A stretch of 63,448 nucleotides of DNA, filler included, from Collodictyon triciliatum (GCA_043381765.1; 7 parts of 7 records of this genome joined end to end with filler, not necessarily neighbours in it); one strand, 5' to 3'; shown: positions 12,054 through 25,900, counted from the first letter of the whole stretch. The notes: a model not told the origin generated them from the sequence alone. Translations and numbers: made by a program.

Positions 12054-13800
12054 TTATGGTGATGTACCAGTACAGAATCTGTTTGCATACATGCGTGTGG
12101 TTGCTTCGCAGTCAGCGGACGGTCGAGCCCTTCGAGTACTTTCTGACGAGCCCTTCGATCTTCCCACGACGCTGGTGATTCTGCGACAGAACGCCGAGTT
12201 CCAGGCGACGGCCCTCCGACGAGATGATGTGCTCCACAACTTTCGGACAAGGCCACCCAGACAAGCCATGTGCGTGTGTGTATATGGGTTAGATTCTTGC
12301 TTGCTTGTTTGGTTGCTTGTTTGGTTGATTGTTTTGTTTGTTTGTTTGCTTGTTTGTTTGCTTGCTTGCTTGGGAGCCACCTTCTTTGCCTTTTGCCTTG
12401 CGCAGGCGCCTCAAACCCTCGGTCATGAGTTCGCACGAGAGACTGGCCAGCGGATCGCTCACAATGCGGTGCTTCTCCAGATGCATGGCCTGCATGATCT
12501 GCTCCAGATCGCGCTGGTACTTTTCCAGGCCCAGTGTCCTGTGTGCCGGAGGCCCAGGGTGTGAGTATGGCGATTCATGAGTCGCGGTTGTTTATCCGAA
12601 CAGCTGGTAAATGAGAAAGAGAAAAGATATTGAAAAAAAAAGGAAAAAATAAAAGGATATATCTAATGAGATTTAGGTGGGCTGCGCACTGTATCAGCAG
12701 GAGACTGTCATCCTTATTGAGCGTCCCTACAGTTTTGGTTGGGTGTGTGGGGTTGGAGCCGATGAAAAGACAAACTCGAGTACTGCGTCATGGAGCAAAA
12801 GCACATAAAATGAAATAAAGGCAGTTATTGGAGATTCGTACGAACCGTCCTTGCTGCAACTGAGCCGAGAAAAACAATCAGCCAGAATATCCACAATCTC
12901 CTGAGTCAGGTCGCTGCCTGTCCCGAGATTCCGCCGGGTCATCCACCGTTCTGTCTCAAACTTGATTGTCGGACTCGGAAACTGCAAAGGAACAAACGGA
13001 TGTGCGTGAGTAACAAATGAATGATATTGCCAACCTCCATAACAACAGCAACCAACATAAATAGAATAGGCACAAGTAAACAGAAAAATGAATAGAAAAA
13101 TGAATAAAAAGAAAAAGAAAAGAGAAGGATATAAGGGGTATATTATTTCATCTTTTGCACAGTTATATGTGGATGATTCATAAGGCTATGCAAAACATGG
13201 ACAGGAGCAGAACGCCTCACAAATGGAATCGAGTTTATGTTGTGCCTCTCCAGAATCTCCATGGCCGACGGGCGGCCGTTTGCGCCATGCGCGGCAACCT
13301 CGGACAGCATCTGCGAGTTGGACGGGACGCTCGACAGCACCTTGCGAAGCCACATCGCATCGGCACTCGGGGACTTTGCCCGGGACGTTTCTTTTGTGCG
13401 GCTCTTTGCGGTTCCCTGCGGCGTCTTGTCAGGGCTGCCCTGGGCCGAGGACCGAGAAAGCGGGGATTTCGGGCGTCCAAGATGCGCGCTGGACGGGCGA
13501 AGGTGTGCGGCCCGGGTGGCCGATGAAGCGTCGCGGCCGGGATCTGCGGTGTTGTATCTGCCGTGTTGCGGCGGGGGTGATGTGCGGATGGCCAGGCGGA
13601 GGGCGGAGAGCCGCAGGCGCAGGTCGTCCACTGTGGGGTCCTCGCCAAAGGTGTCGCCGGCAATGACGGTGTTTGCGTGCGATGGCGGCAGCGGCAGTTG
13701 CCTTTGGCCCGGCCGATGATGTCCTGTGCGTGTTGGTGAGCAGATGCAGGGCGATGGAGGCGGGGATGCCTCGTTCGAAACCGCACCTGGTGTGCTGCAT
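12054..13800 (-). CDS. Unknown multi-exon protein; may extend to exons at ~14100-14680
   Basis: GC-rich coding-like blocks (~13170-13800, 12830-12985, 12375-12600, 12054-12260) separated by AT-rich or microsatellite introns. No family recognised. Confidence 0.45.
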
Positions 13801-14205
13801 GGTGTTTGCAGGGCGCGGGTTGTCTGCCGGAAGCGCGATAGTGGGTCCGGGGATGGGTTCTCTGGGGGGAGGACAAAGTTTCCTGCAGGCCGGGGAGGGC
13901 GGCGGTTGTGTAAACCGGATTCAAGAAAGAAAAAAAAAAAGAATGAATAATTGATGACATAAAAAAATTAGCATGAAAGATTAAATCAAATAATTAGAAA
14001 TGAAATGAGCATGTGGTGTGGGTGTTTCTGTTAAAGATACATAGCCCGCTACTTTGTTAATGCATGTTTTTTTTTTTCCTTTCTCTTTGGGGGGCTTACC
14101 AGACACAGCCATTGGGGTGTTTGGATGCTCACTCCATTTCGGGGACGCTGAAGACGGTCGCGATATAGTCTGGGTTGCGTGCATATTGCATTAGTTCGTC
14201 CTCAT

Positions 14206-14206
<1 letters not shown>

Positions 14207-14289
<83 letters not shown>

Positions 14290-14290
14290 T
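14207..14290. repeat. (TTTC)n microsatellite
   Basis: Direct reading. Confidence 0.95.
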
Positions 14291-15110
14291 TTTGTGTGTG
14301 TGATGGAACGATCGCTGTTGGGTCCATGGTTGAGAGGAGGCGGTTTAGCAAAGTTGTGTGTGTAGAGAGACTACAGATTATTATTATTATTATTATTTTT
14401 TTTTTTTGAGTTATAAGAAGGAAAATGAGTGGACACCACGGCTGTTGCCTTTACGTTCGAAAGTATAAACGAAAATAATGGGTACCTGCGCCAGAAGCGG
14501 TGATGGCCTCTGTTTTTGAAGCATTGTGTAGATTCCTTTTTGTTGCAGCGTCCAACTCTGTGCCACTTTCTTTGTCTTTGTCCTGGACTCTGGCGAAGGA
14601 TGAAAACGCGGCCGCTCTCACGCGTGGACTTTGCGGTTGCTGTTTGGCAGTCTTGGAGCATCCTGCTGCATGATACCACAAAAAAAGAAACGATGATTAT
14701 ATGCGGAAATTATTATATATGCCATAATTTAATGTCAAATACCGTATCATTAAGATTGAATAATTAATATAATGATAAAATATGCATAATTGTATTAATT
14801 TAAGAGATGTTCTGGAAGAGTATACATACCAGGACATTTTCACAGCAAGCTGACTCACACAGGCGGGTTCATATTCGCGCGACAAAACAGGAAAAACTCT
14901 GATGTACGGCAGAGACGGCAGAAAAGAAGAGTTATTTTTTTTTTCCTTTTTTAAAGAAATAAAAACAACTTGGAGGCCTGGCTTATGCGTTCGGGTGAGG
15001 CAGCATCACCTTACAACGTCTCGAGAAGCAAAAAAGGCCCGGTGCGCACAAGGGTCTCGAGTACTGAGCCACATGGTTTGTAGGAAACACAATTGGTGGA
15101 AGGTTGGTCT

Positions 15111-18100
15111 ATGGAGAGGCACGTCTTCGTGAATGGAGGGAAAAGCACAGCCGCAGTAACGGAACTGCACGTATCTGATCTCCTAAGTGAAAGTCCACAT
15201 GATGGTGACGAGGCTTTGAGAAACGGACGCGACTTGGACTCTCCACTTTCTATGCATGGGCAAGACCACCCCTTGCGAGGCAGAGAGTGGCTGTCATCTT
15301 ATTTAAAACAGTCCAAGTTCACGAAAGATACTCTTTTAACGGACAAGAGGAGGGAAATACACCCAGAGCTTCTTTCGTAAAATTTTATTGACTATAAATA
15401 TTCATTTTATATTTCACGTTGGTTTTATGACGTTCAAACTAGTCGAAAAGGTTATGCAAGGTGTCTGTTCCTCACCGAAGGCCATCAACATTATTTGAAG
15501 TTTGAAAGTCTTTTTTTTATTTGCCTTTACATACGATTGAATAGATTCCTAGATGATAAGATGGAAAATAGTTATCGTATTTCAATGTCAAAGTATGGTG
15601 TGCCCATCGCCTTCTGTTCATCTATACTTTGCTTTGCATTCGGGGCTACATCTGCACTAATGCAGTTAAACTTCAAACAAAAAGGAAAAATAGGAAAAGA
15701 ACCACAATATGAAATATGCATTCCCATTCTATCGAAGAATATTGCACAATTTATTAGCCTTATTTTAAAATAATTTCTCATCACGAAATATCATTATTAC
15801 CAACATATATAAAAACTGATTGGCTATGTGCACATTTAAGGTTCCAGGCATATCAATATTCTGCTCTTGTGTATGCTTTGCTCGCAGTAGTATGCGTGAT
15901 ATTCGGGGCTGCATTTCTTGACATGTGGCTTAATATAAAAAATAATCGTTATGAGGATATTGATAAGTTATTCTTTTTTTTTTAAATTTTGACATAATTG
16001 TAAACCCCAAATGTAACTAGTATTTCCATTTTTTCAGACAATATTCGAACTCAATTGAGTGATCAAAATAATTATAGGAAGTATTATCGCTTAGTTGGGC
16101 TGTTTCTCTTTTTATTGGTGACTTTATTCAGTCTACAAATTGTGGTACAGGAAGTAGACAGAGTCCTTTCTGAAATTGTGATATGCATAATGGCGAGCAT
16201 TTTTTTTTTTAGTTTACAATATACACGAATGATTTTTTTTTTAAAAAAGGAAAAGATGTAACGAATGATTTAATTGAAATAATAAAACCTTAAGGTTTTT
16301 TTTTAAAAAATTGATAGCAAACTAACAGGTTCTTTACAATGTTTATTTTGTAGGTTGGCAATATCACCGTACCTGGGGAATATCCAGTCCAAAGGAAGAT
16401 AACATTCTATGGAAATATTTTCCCACTGTTGCTCTTATTAGTAACCACATCTGAACCTCCAGTTATATACAGGTGTATAACACCAGTTATTTTGAATTCC
16501 CTCCTTGCCATTTCGATTGCGAAAGGGATGGAAAAACAAAAGAAAAAGTAAGAATTATTTTCAATAAAACAAAAATTCAAGTTCAAACTTAATTTCAAAA
16601 TTTATGTATAGTTCATACTACGCGAGGGTAATATTGAGAGAAATTAAATCGGATGTAAACAAAGCTAAAATACAAACCAAATCCTTTCTATCAAACTTGT
16701 ATCCAATGTGAGTAAAATGTTAATATTTTTTTTTTTGGTCTGGTGAACTGCAATTTAAATTCAATATTAAACGCATGTACTTTGAATCGAATAAAGGAAA
16801 AAAAAATTAAACGAAAGTAAAATGACATTTTTTTTTATTAAATATAGACCAGTAATGAATTTGATGATTGAAAATTTGAGCGCATCGTGTTATTACGAAA
16901 ACAAGAAATGTGGAGTCATACTCGTGCATATAAACTCATCAATTATAAACAAAAAAAGTATAAGTACAGTTGAAGACGAAATAGAGAGGGTATTTAGGTA
17001 TATTCTATTCTCAATTTCAATTACCCTTTTATCTACTAGAAAGAATGATTTTCATGCGTTATGTTTATACTTACTAAATTAATATTTCTTAATTATTTTC
17101 AGTACAATCATCAGCGTCTTTAAGAGGTTCATAATTAACTTACTTTTTAATGTGAAAGAAGACAATGAATACATATATTCCATACAAATATAAGAATAAA
17201 TACATTCGTTTATAAAAAAAAGAAAGAGGATTTTAAAATACTAATTTAAATTCTTGGTTGAAATATAGATGTGGCGTCCACAAAATCAGTTCTATAGGTT
17301 AGAATATGATTTCATTTAGCAATTACAATAATAATTTAACCTAAAAGACGTTAATTGTTTACGCAGGTCTTTTAACTACGGTAAATCAAATTAAATAATA
17401 TAATCATATGCAAATATATTGATTAATATAATATAATATTTTATATCATCCATAATTTAAAGTAAATAACGCTCAGGGAGTCACAGGACTTTTCGGAGAA
17501 ACTCCAGTCAATCTGGTTGAAGTAGCGGACAAATTATTAAGGGAATGTTGTCTTCCTAAAAAATGCAAAGTATGATCGTTTATTATCGTAAAGTGATAAT
17601 AATTTATTAATTATTTATATAAAATGATTTAAATTTAAATTTTTTTTGGAGTTTGCCTTTTTTCCGGTTAATCTAATTAATTTAAATGATTAATAAATCT
17701 ATGTTTTATTTATTATTCCTTTCAATTTTGTGCAGGATGGTGGAGATGTTGGCTTTATTTATAAACCTATGTTAATATATTTTTCATTTGAGATAGATTT
17801 CGATTACAGTGGCTCTGGGATACGGCCCGCTGTACGGAGGGATTGTGAAGTTCTCAAAAACGACATTTGAAGTATTTGGGGAAGGTTGGACATCATTTTA
17901 AAATAATGTTTTCTTTTTTAAAATCAACGGATGTCTCGTAGAAAAATGAACATATTTTTCAATTTTATTTGTAATAATTAGCGCTTGAAGAGGCTAAAGG
18001 ATGCATCGACGTAACTCATAGCCAAGAGATAATGATTGGAAATGAAGCTAAAAAAATATGGGTTAGTAGATATGAAAAGCCACAAAAAGTAGTACTTGCT

Positions 18101-19259
18101 AAATTAAAATGGAAATTAACAGATTGGGACATCACATTTACACAACGGTGTTGCTGTTGATGATAAGAAAGGAACTTGGCTTCTAAATTATCAAAAGCTG
18201 CATACTAATGGAGCTCACGAAGGAGTGGCGGGTGTTGAAACGGGATTACGTGAAGATAATCTTATGGACCATACAGATTTCGAATTCCTTTCCCAGAAAG
18301 AAATACCGGATGAAGTTTTTTTTTAATATAAATATGCATTTAAATTTTTGAATTTTAATATATATGTAGAGACATCAATATTGAAAACCAACCAGTTATA
18401 TTATTAGAGATACCAATAACGATATGGAAAGAAAGATACTACAGTACTGCTAACATAAAGTAAAACATGCAGCATGATTATATGTCAGATCCACTATTAC
18501 GGTCCCGAAAAGAGAGAGGAATCGTAGCCTTTCTAGGGGATTTTCGGTTTAAAGACATTTTTCTTGAGAGAGAGTTCCAAAGGGCCATCAGAAATGGAAA
18601 TACTCTAAAAGCAACTATGTAGGTGACGTATAATATAGAAAACACAGTCATATGAATTAGGTTACCGTCATTAATTTTTTAGGTTTTTTTTGAATTTTTT
18701 TTTTTTTACTTGCATTGTGTCGATTTTTTTTTTTTTTTACACATACAATCACTTCATAGAGTTCAGATTTATATTTTAACCATCGGATGTGCACTGTTTG
18801 GATTGACAGACTTGAGCCTTTTGAAAAATTCAACAAAATTCGATTTCAAAGACCAGTTTTTCCTTTTTGCTAGATTCTATGTGCTGATTCCTCTTATGAT
18901 TTCATCCTGGGCTGTGTTAATCCTTTTTCAGAATTCAGAATCTGAGCGGCAGTACAAATTTAACGCGTGGAATATACCGCAATTAATAGTTCTGATTTAT
19001 GCGTACTACATTCTCTTGCGCACTTACTTCGTTTATGAAAACCCTGTGTTTACTAAAGACAAGACATTGTCTCAAAATTTCTTCTTCTATTCTGAGTTGT
19101 ACGAAGCTGGTCTATTGATGGTTTCTCTCTTGACAGTGATTCCAATACACGCTTCAATCAATTATTATTTGTGGATATTCTTTACTTGTTACATCTTCAC
19201 AGCTTTTGGGGAAAATATGGGGTATTTTTTTTTTGGTTCCGGAAGAAAAAATTTAGGTC

Positions 19260-19358
<99 letters not shown>

Positions 19359-21129
19359 CAAACCTTCCTGTTTCATGTTCTCAAGATTCATGGGTATTTA
19401 ACCCCATAACTTCGCATCTTTTACAAATTGGAAGCAATATATATGTATTAAATGCAATAATATTTATGTCGTTCTTAGTACTGACAAGTCTGGTATCGTG
19501 CCTGGTATAATTATTTGGGCCCTAGTCCCTATGTCAGCATTTTCACTATTTGTTGTTTTTCGGGATTACATATCAAGAAAAGAATTTCTGGACGAAAAAA
19601 ACTTAGAGAGGGTAACACACTCGAACCTTAGGAAAAAGAATACCAAACTGAAAATGAAGTAACATGCATGCTATACCACTAAACTTTATTTTGTATAGGT
19701 GATAGAAAACATGCTAGAAGAACATAAAACTGCCGAACAAACCTTAGCCTCTACCCTCACAGATGATATTATAAGTGACCTAAAAGGGGAAAAAGTAACA
19801 TCTCGGCGCCATTTTCATAACACTGCAGTCATAAACATTAGACTGAACGGTCTGTATGTCAAACCAAACACTCCAGACTTGTTTTCTCAATTTGAGTTCA
19901 TATCAGGTTCCTTTGCAAATCCCACAAGATTATTCACATGCTCAATCATAAGAATTATTTCAATTTCCTTAACACTTTTCAATGTCCCAAACATTTTAAT
20001 AAATCAAATAAAAATAAAACGAAATAGAAACTAAACTGCAATAAATATGATTATAATAGACACTATAAATATCATTGAAAAAGAAAGTCAAGGATTTCAT
20101 TTAGAATTTCTTAAGGCTACATCTTCAAACATTATAGTATCTTTATGATAGATTTTTTTTTGATAATTATGCCATTATGCACCTCTCATACAATATTTAC
20201 TGTATCTTCAATGCATCTTGGTGGGTATAGAATGATTAAGATAGTAAAATTGGGGCAGGTTATATCCAAATCAAAACAAGAGGGTAAATTGTCAAACAAC
20301 TCTGACTCATCCCATATTGAAGATGCTATACTATTCTCTCTTCAGGTAGGAAAATCTTTGATAAACCAATATTTTAATGAAATAATTATTTTTTTTTAAA
20401 TTTTTTTTCCCAATTATGTACTCAACAAACCACCCTAGTATATGTGCTCAAACCTCCTCGCCAAGATTCAAAATAGGTTCTCAATGATGAGTCAGTTTCG
20501 GGAAGGAGAAACCTTAAAAATTTCGATAGCTATCGATGTTGGACAATTCAGCTATGGGGTAATAGGTGCGTTATTTCTTTAATTTATTTTTATTGCATCA
20601 GCTTTACGATATTTAATGCAATTATGTAATATATAGGTACGCAAACGTTTGTGTGTGATTGCTTTGGAGATACAGGTGCTTTCAAATAAGAATTCCCTTC
20701 TTTTTAAATAATTTTCGGGTGTTTTGAATTCATTTTAAATTAATACATCAAACAAGAATAACCGAGTTACATTTGCAGTTTTCATGACCTCTCTCATTTC
20801 AAATTATGTAAAGGACAATACAATCAGGGTATCACAATAATACTGTGCAAATGAATTAAATTTGGCGCAAATTTAGCAATTGGATATTATCAGAGGTAAT
20901 ACATCACGTTATTCATTAACATATCATATTGGTTCAGGTTTCATGTAATATCTACGAAAAGCTTCGGTATTGTCCCTCCTTTGCGTTGTGCCATGCAGAA
21001 AGGATTTCAACGGGTTTGGGAAATGTATCCCTCTTCAGCATTACTGAAAAAGTAGACCCGTGGGAAATGTTTCTAAGGGAAATAGACTGGATTGATGACG
21101 AGGAACTTGTGCTTAGTCCGATTCCATGA
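15111..21129 (+). CDS. Membrane class III adenylate/guanylate cyclase-like protein (TM-C1-TM-C2) with degenerate active sites
   Basis: Two hydrophobic clusters. C1: ISITVALGYGPLYGGIVKFSKTTFEVFGE/ALEEAK (17797-18000). C2: linker EEHKTAEQTLASTLTDDIISDLKG, then LKISIAIDVGQFSYGVIG/TQTFVCDCFGDT/VFMTSLIS..IR/VSCNIYEKL. These joins use GT-AG sites in phase. Confidence 0.8.
16766..16813 (+). mobile_element. Ultra-truncated LINE insertion (~32 nt) with 8-bp target-site duplication, intronic
   Basis: actttgaatcgaataaagga is identical to 9243-9262; it is followed by poly(A) and flanked by ATTAAACG at 16766-16773 and 16806-16813. Confidence 0.75.
19260..19358. repeat. (ATA)n intronic microsatellite
   Basis: Direct reading. 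Confidence 0.95.
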
Positions 21130-21418
21130 ACACTCATATGATTGTTGTGTTTCATAGTTTGGATAATATATTAATAAACTGACTGAAGAACACGCTGAGT
21201 ATTCTCTCGTTAACGTTCAAATCCCTTCTTATTTCAAGTAAGTAATCAAAGAAACATAGCGTGAGATAAATGGGAGGTGACAATACATATAGTTGCTACA
21301 CCGAAATGTACTATTATATGTGCTTTTGATTATATCTACAAATTTATTAAAAAAAATAGTGAAAAACATTGCGAACCGAATTTTTTTCTAAAAAGTGTAA
21401 AATCGAAAACTGAGATAT

Positions 21419-22550
21419 TTATTCCTCAGATAATAGTATATCACACGAATGCTCTATACCTTTAACCACAAAACGACACAAAGGTTCAATATGGGTTTGC
21501 ATATGGCATTCCTTCATGATTTTACTCCATAGAACATGGAACGACTGTGGATCATCAAATCCTTTCGGGGTAATTATGGGAGGCAGTTGATTACTTTGTA
21601 GCACATAGTTTCCTATCAACCACGAAACAGCTAAATTCTTCTCTGCAAAAGGTGCAATAGATAGAAGATTGAAGTAGGCACGAGATGCAAGGATGACGAC
21701 ATCTTCCAGAGATGATGCCTTCGACTGTTTAGCTTCATTATTTAACCACTCCCAATAAATCTCCATCAGAGCAGGAACTTCATGCGGAGTTGCTTGCACG
21801 AGCGCCCACTGCGACTTTGTGGAGGGCCGAAGTAATGCCTGCTGCTCTGATGGTTTACATTCTTGCACAAGCATCGGACGATACAGCCCAGTCTTGAAAG
21901 CTGCCGTTTGTCGTGCACATATCATGTGTAAGCGAGTTAAGTGGGTGTGTGATAAAGTCAAGTCTGATATTCGAGACCATGATTGTATTTGCCGAACTGC
22001 AGCCAAACAATCATTATAGAGATGAGTACTTTCGGTTGATACCTTGGGTGTCACCAGATGTGGGTATGATTCTATCAGAAAAGTAGTTTTTGCAAACATA
22101 TCGGTAGTCTTTTGCACGTTCTGGTGTGTAAGAGGAATCCTCTTGTTCTGCAACCTGTGCACTTTTTCTTTCAGTTGGCCAATACCCCCAGGAAAGATAC
22201 TGGTGACTGTAAAACATGACTGAGCTTATTAAATGCTAAATACTTGAATAAAAATAAAATTGTTCTTAATCTCCATCCGATATTCTATACTTTAAGAAAA
22301 CGGTGTACATAGATATGCAAGAGGACAAAAGAAATTGACGCAATCACCGTTTTCATTTGGGTTTGAATCAAAAAGGCGAGTCTTTTGTAAGAAGTATATC
22401 CCTGCATGAAGGTCATCAATAGCCTCATCGTATTTTTCAACGGGGAAATCATCAATATTGATGTATTTCTGAAAAAAAAGGAACAATTATTTTTTTTTTA
22501 AAAAAAAACTCTTGTTCTGAATGTCTATGTTCATATTTCTATCAGGCTAA
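21419..22550 (-). CDS. Fic/Fido-domain protein (FICD/HYPE-like) with degenerate catalytic motif; 5' truncated
   Basis: LTLSHTHLTRLH, TGLYR, PHEVPALMEIYWEWLN and ASRAYFNLLSIAPFAEKNLAVSWLIGNYVLQSNQLPP follow the Fic core. An upstream exon is TPR-like (EKYDEAIDDL). Confidence 0.75.
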
Positions 22551-22552
22551 AC

Positions 22553-22714
22553 AAAAAAACAAAAACAAAAACAAAAACAAAAACAAAAACAAAAACAAAA
22601 ACAAAAACAAAAACAAAAAACAAAAATAAAAAACAAAAATAAAAAACAAAAATAAAAAACAAAAATAAAAAACAAAAATAAAAAACAAAAATAAAAAACA
22701 AAAATAAAAAAAAA
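22553..22714. repeat. (AAAAAC)n and A-rich minisatellite at segment end
   Basis: Direct reading. Confidence 0.9.
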
Positions 22715-22814
22715 NNNNNNNNNNNNNNNNNNNNNNNNNNNNNNNNNNNNNNNNNNNNTTAATTAATTAANNNNNNNNNNNNNNNNNNNNNNNNNNNNNN
22801 NNNNNNNNNNNNNN
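22715..22814. other. Artificial contig linker
   Basis: N44-TTAATTAATTAA-N44. Confidence 0.97.
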
Positions 22815-22918
22815 CCCAATCCCAATCCCAATCCCAATCCCAATCCCAATCCCAATCCCAATCCCAATCCCAATCCCAATCCCAATCCCAATCCCAATCC
22901 CAATCCCAATCCCAATCC
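22815..22918 (+). repeat. (CCCAAT)n hexamer repeat, read as (Gln-Ser)n in the giant ORF
   Basis: CAA TCC codons are in the same stop-free frame as the ATG at 23105. Confidence 0.85.
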
Positions 22919-25900
22919 TCGTTTTATTATCCTCTTAATTCCACTGAAATTCTCCTCTCAAAATCTGTACAAACATACACCAAGACACGTAGTCTGACAT
23001 TTTCAACATCAATCTCGGAAAAGCAGACTTCGCCAGGCCACAGCCAAGGATTTTCAGAACGTATAATTTCGGAGACGCACGATGGTTTCTTAGAGAGTTC
23101 AAATATGCACTCCTCTTACACCAAAAGTTCAGAACGAAGTCGGTCCAGATCGGGTACTCCTCAAAACCTGAGAACTCCATCTATACACTCTCTCTCGTGG
23201 GCACAAAGGTCAACTGATGACTCTCCTGTATTTTCCCACGTGTCTTCAAAACATCATACCCGGTCAGTGCGGATATCGAAAAAAATGGAATCTAGTTCCA
23301 TGGATGAAAATCTTACCACACCCATAAACAGCCTGTATCTGACTCAATCGTCATATGGAATCGTTTCGAAACAAGCATCTTCTAATCATGGAACTAGGAT
23401 TCAGTCAACAAGTACTCATCTCAAGCAAACACCTAGCATTAAAAATACCAATGTAAAAGCAAGTGAAGCATCAAACTTCTCAAAATCAAATCCATTTAAC
23501 ACACTCTATTCAACAAAGATGTCCAAAACAATAACCGAATCTCGAGTTGGGAGCCAGAGTGTGAGTGATGTTAGGCGGACACATTTGAAATCCGATAGCC
23601 CTTCCATTCGCAAGAATACAGCAGTAACGAAAACGCGCTCTCCTATCTCAGAATCAAAATTACATTCGCTCTCAAAGAGCCATTCTCGTAGCCCTTCCAA
23701 CTCGCAAACTATCCCAAAAACACAGGATTGTCCTGGTAATACCACACGCAACATATGTGGTACTTGCAGTCTAGCTGAAGGACTCATTATACTGGAAACG
23801 AAAGGATTAAATAGTCAAACAAACATTGAAACCCACATAAACACAAATATTCACGGGCAACGATTCTCAAAATTCGTTCATACTATGCCAATATCCCCTA
23901 GTTGGGATTTAGTCGATTCGATAGGGAATATCAACCTACATCACAGCCAAAGTAATGACACATTACCGATGGAATCTATTTTCGGAGCACTGCAATCTGT
24001 CTTTATATACTCTAACAATCCGATTTTATCTATATTTGTGTGGGGAACAAACTTCTTCAACTCAACAAAGACTCAAGGGAAAATAGAGTTTGCTTTTCTG
24101 GAGGCACCAGAAATATATGGCTCATGCATATACGTTGGCTTGAAACCTTGCAAGGTTGAAGTTAACATACCTTCACAGTTGTTTTTTTCAGACATCAAGA
24201 AACTCACTGCTTCAATTCGACATGAATCGATATCCAAGACTTTATCTGAAGTGGAATTAAGGTTAATAACTACTCAATCGTCAAGTAATGTGATGGAATT
24301 CATCGGCGCATACATTCCTCAAGCTCCGGTATTTATTGGAGAAGAGTGTGTAATATTAATCAAACTAATGAGATATAACATCAATCCTCAAGCATACAAC
24401 GTGATTGACTTTTCACTAACTTTCGATTCTGACAATTTCCAATTCCTCCGATTTGAATCAGTAAATCCAAAATATACATTCACATTGAGCAACCAAAATG
24501 GAACATTAAACTCGGTTTGGCTGTCGGGGTCATCGAATCTATCCCCAAATAATCAGGTTGATGCAGAACTTACCTCCATGGTTTTTTTGTCCAAGAACAA
24601 CTCAAAGCCCGGAAACTTTAGTTTTGCATTAAATGTAAAGAGCATACTAGATAACACCTACGAACGTGTGGTGACAAATAGCCCTGGATATTTTTATGGA
24701 GCCAGTACAAATATCGGGGAAGGATTTATAATAACTAAATATGATATCCCTGTGGCTTATTTTATTACTAGTACGTATGACAATATAGCTAATATGAATC
24801 CTGTGTCTCCAAACTCGACGTATGTTGATTTCTATGTTTACCAAATTACAGAGCGCACAGGATTGTCCGAAATTACTGCCGATATTGATTGTATAATTGG
24901 GGATACCACTGTTCTTGGCTGTAGATTTTTATTGAGTTCAGATATCATCAACGCCCAAAGAGAAGAAAATGGTCTTCATATCCTAAGTGCAAAATATAAG
25001 TCTGCAACAACAAACATTATTGTGTGGCAACCAGTGTTTCCGTTGCTCATTCGAGTAATAGATTCTATACTAGAAGGAATATGCTGTGTCGATGATGCAA
25101 CTTCAAAAAATCCAGGTCCACTCCCAAACTTGTATCAATCTACCAGAGCAAGTGTTTTATGTAATTTTACCAATGGAATAAATTCATCGGTTACTATGGA
25201 CATAGCCAACTTTGTTAAAATTGAAGCATCCCGCCAAGATATAGTTTCTATCCAAAATAATTTGATCACTGGGCTGTCTACTGGAAAGAGCGATTTGTTC
25301 ATCAGAGGTCTCCCTTGTTTGACTCAAACCATTACGGTTTCATCAAGTACAGTTACTATTTTGAAATTTGAGTCTATGGCTATAGCATCATGGGGCTCGG
25401 ACCAGGTCTTCATTCCTCGAACCTCATCATCCATCATTAGTAACTATATATTCAACGGCTTCTTTGAACAAACATTTAAACATGAGGACCAGATTGGCAC
25501 CTTGGTAGCTTTTATCACATTTTCTGATGGACAGCGTTATGCAGTAACCAAAGAAATGGGCATAACATTTGAGTCAAAGTCTCCATATGTCCATATTGAA
25601 CAAGAACAAAACCAAATAACTGTGAAAGAGACAACATGTGCCCTTCATGTTATTGCACTATGGAGATATGGAGGATATATCGTATCAAAATCTCAAACGG
25701 TTATAAGAAGCTTATTACCTGCACCAACAAGGATTCAAGTGACGGTAAGTCAGACTCGCATAACCCGCTCTGGGGATATGGCCTCGACTGTTGGAATACC
25801 TACAGAATCTATTCTCAGTGTCAAGGTTTTTTTTGACGATGGAAGTTCTAATGACTATACCCTTGACAATCGAGTAAACATCGATGATAGCAGCCTAGAC

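Noticed and set aside
22815-22918. (CCCAAT)n at a contig end as a telomere
   Set aside because: It is in frame and stop-free with the giant ORF as (Gln-Ser)n next to a Ser/Thr-rich region, and the gene lacks its N-terminus. A coding repeat that broke the assembly is simpler; finding the hexamer at many scaffold ends would revive the telomere idea.
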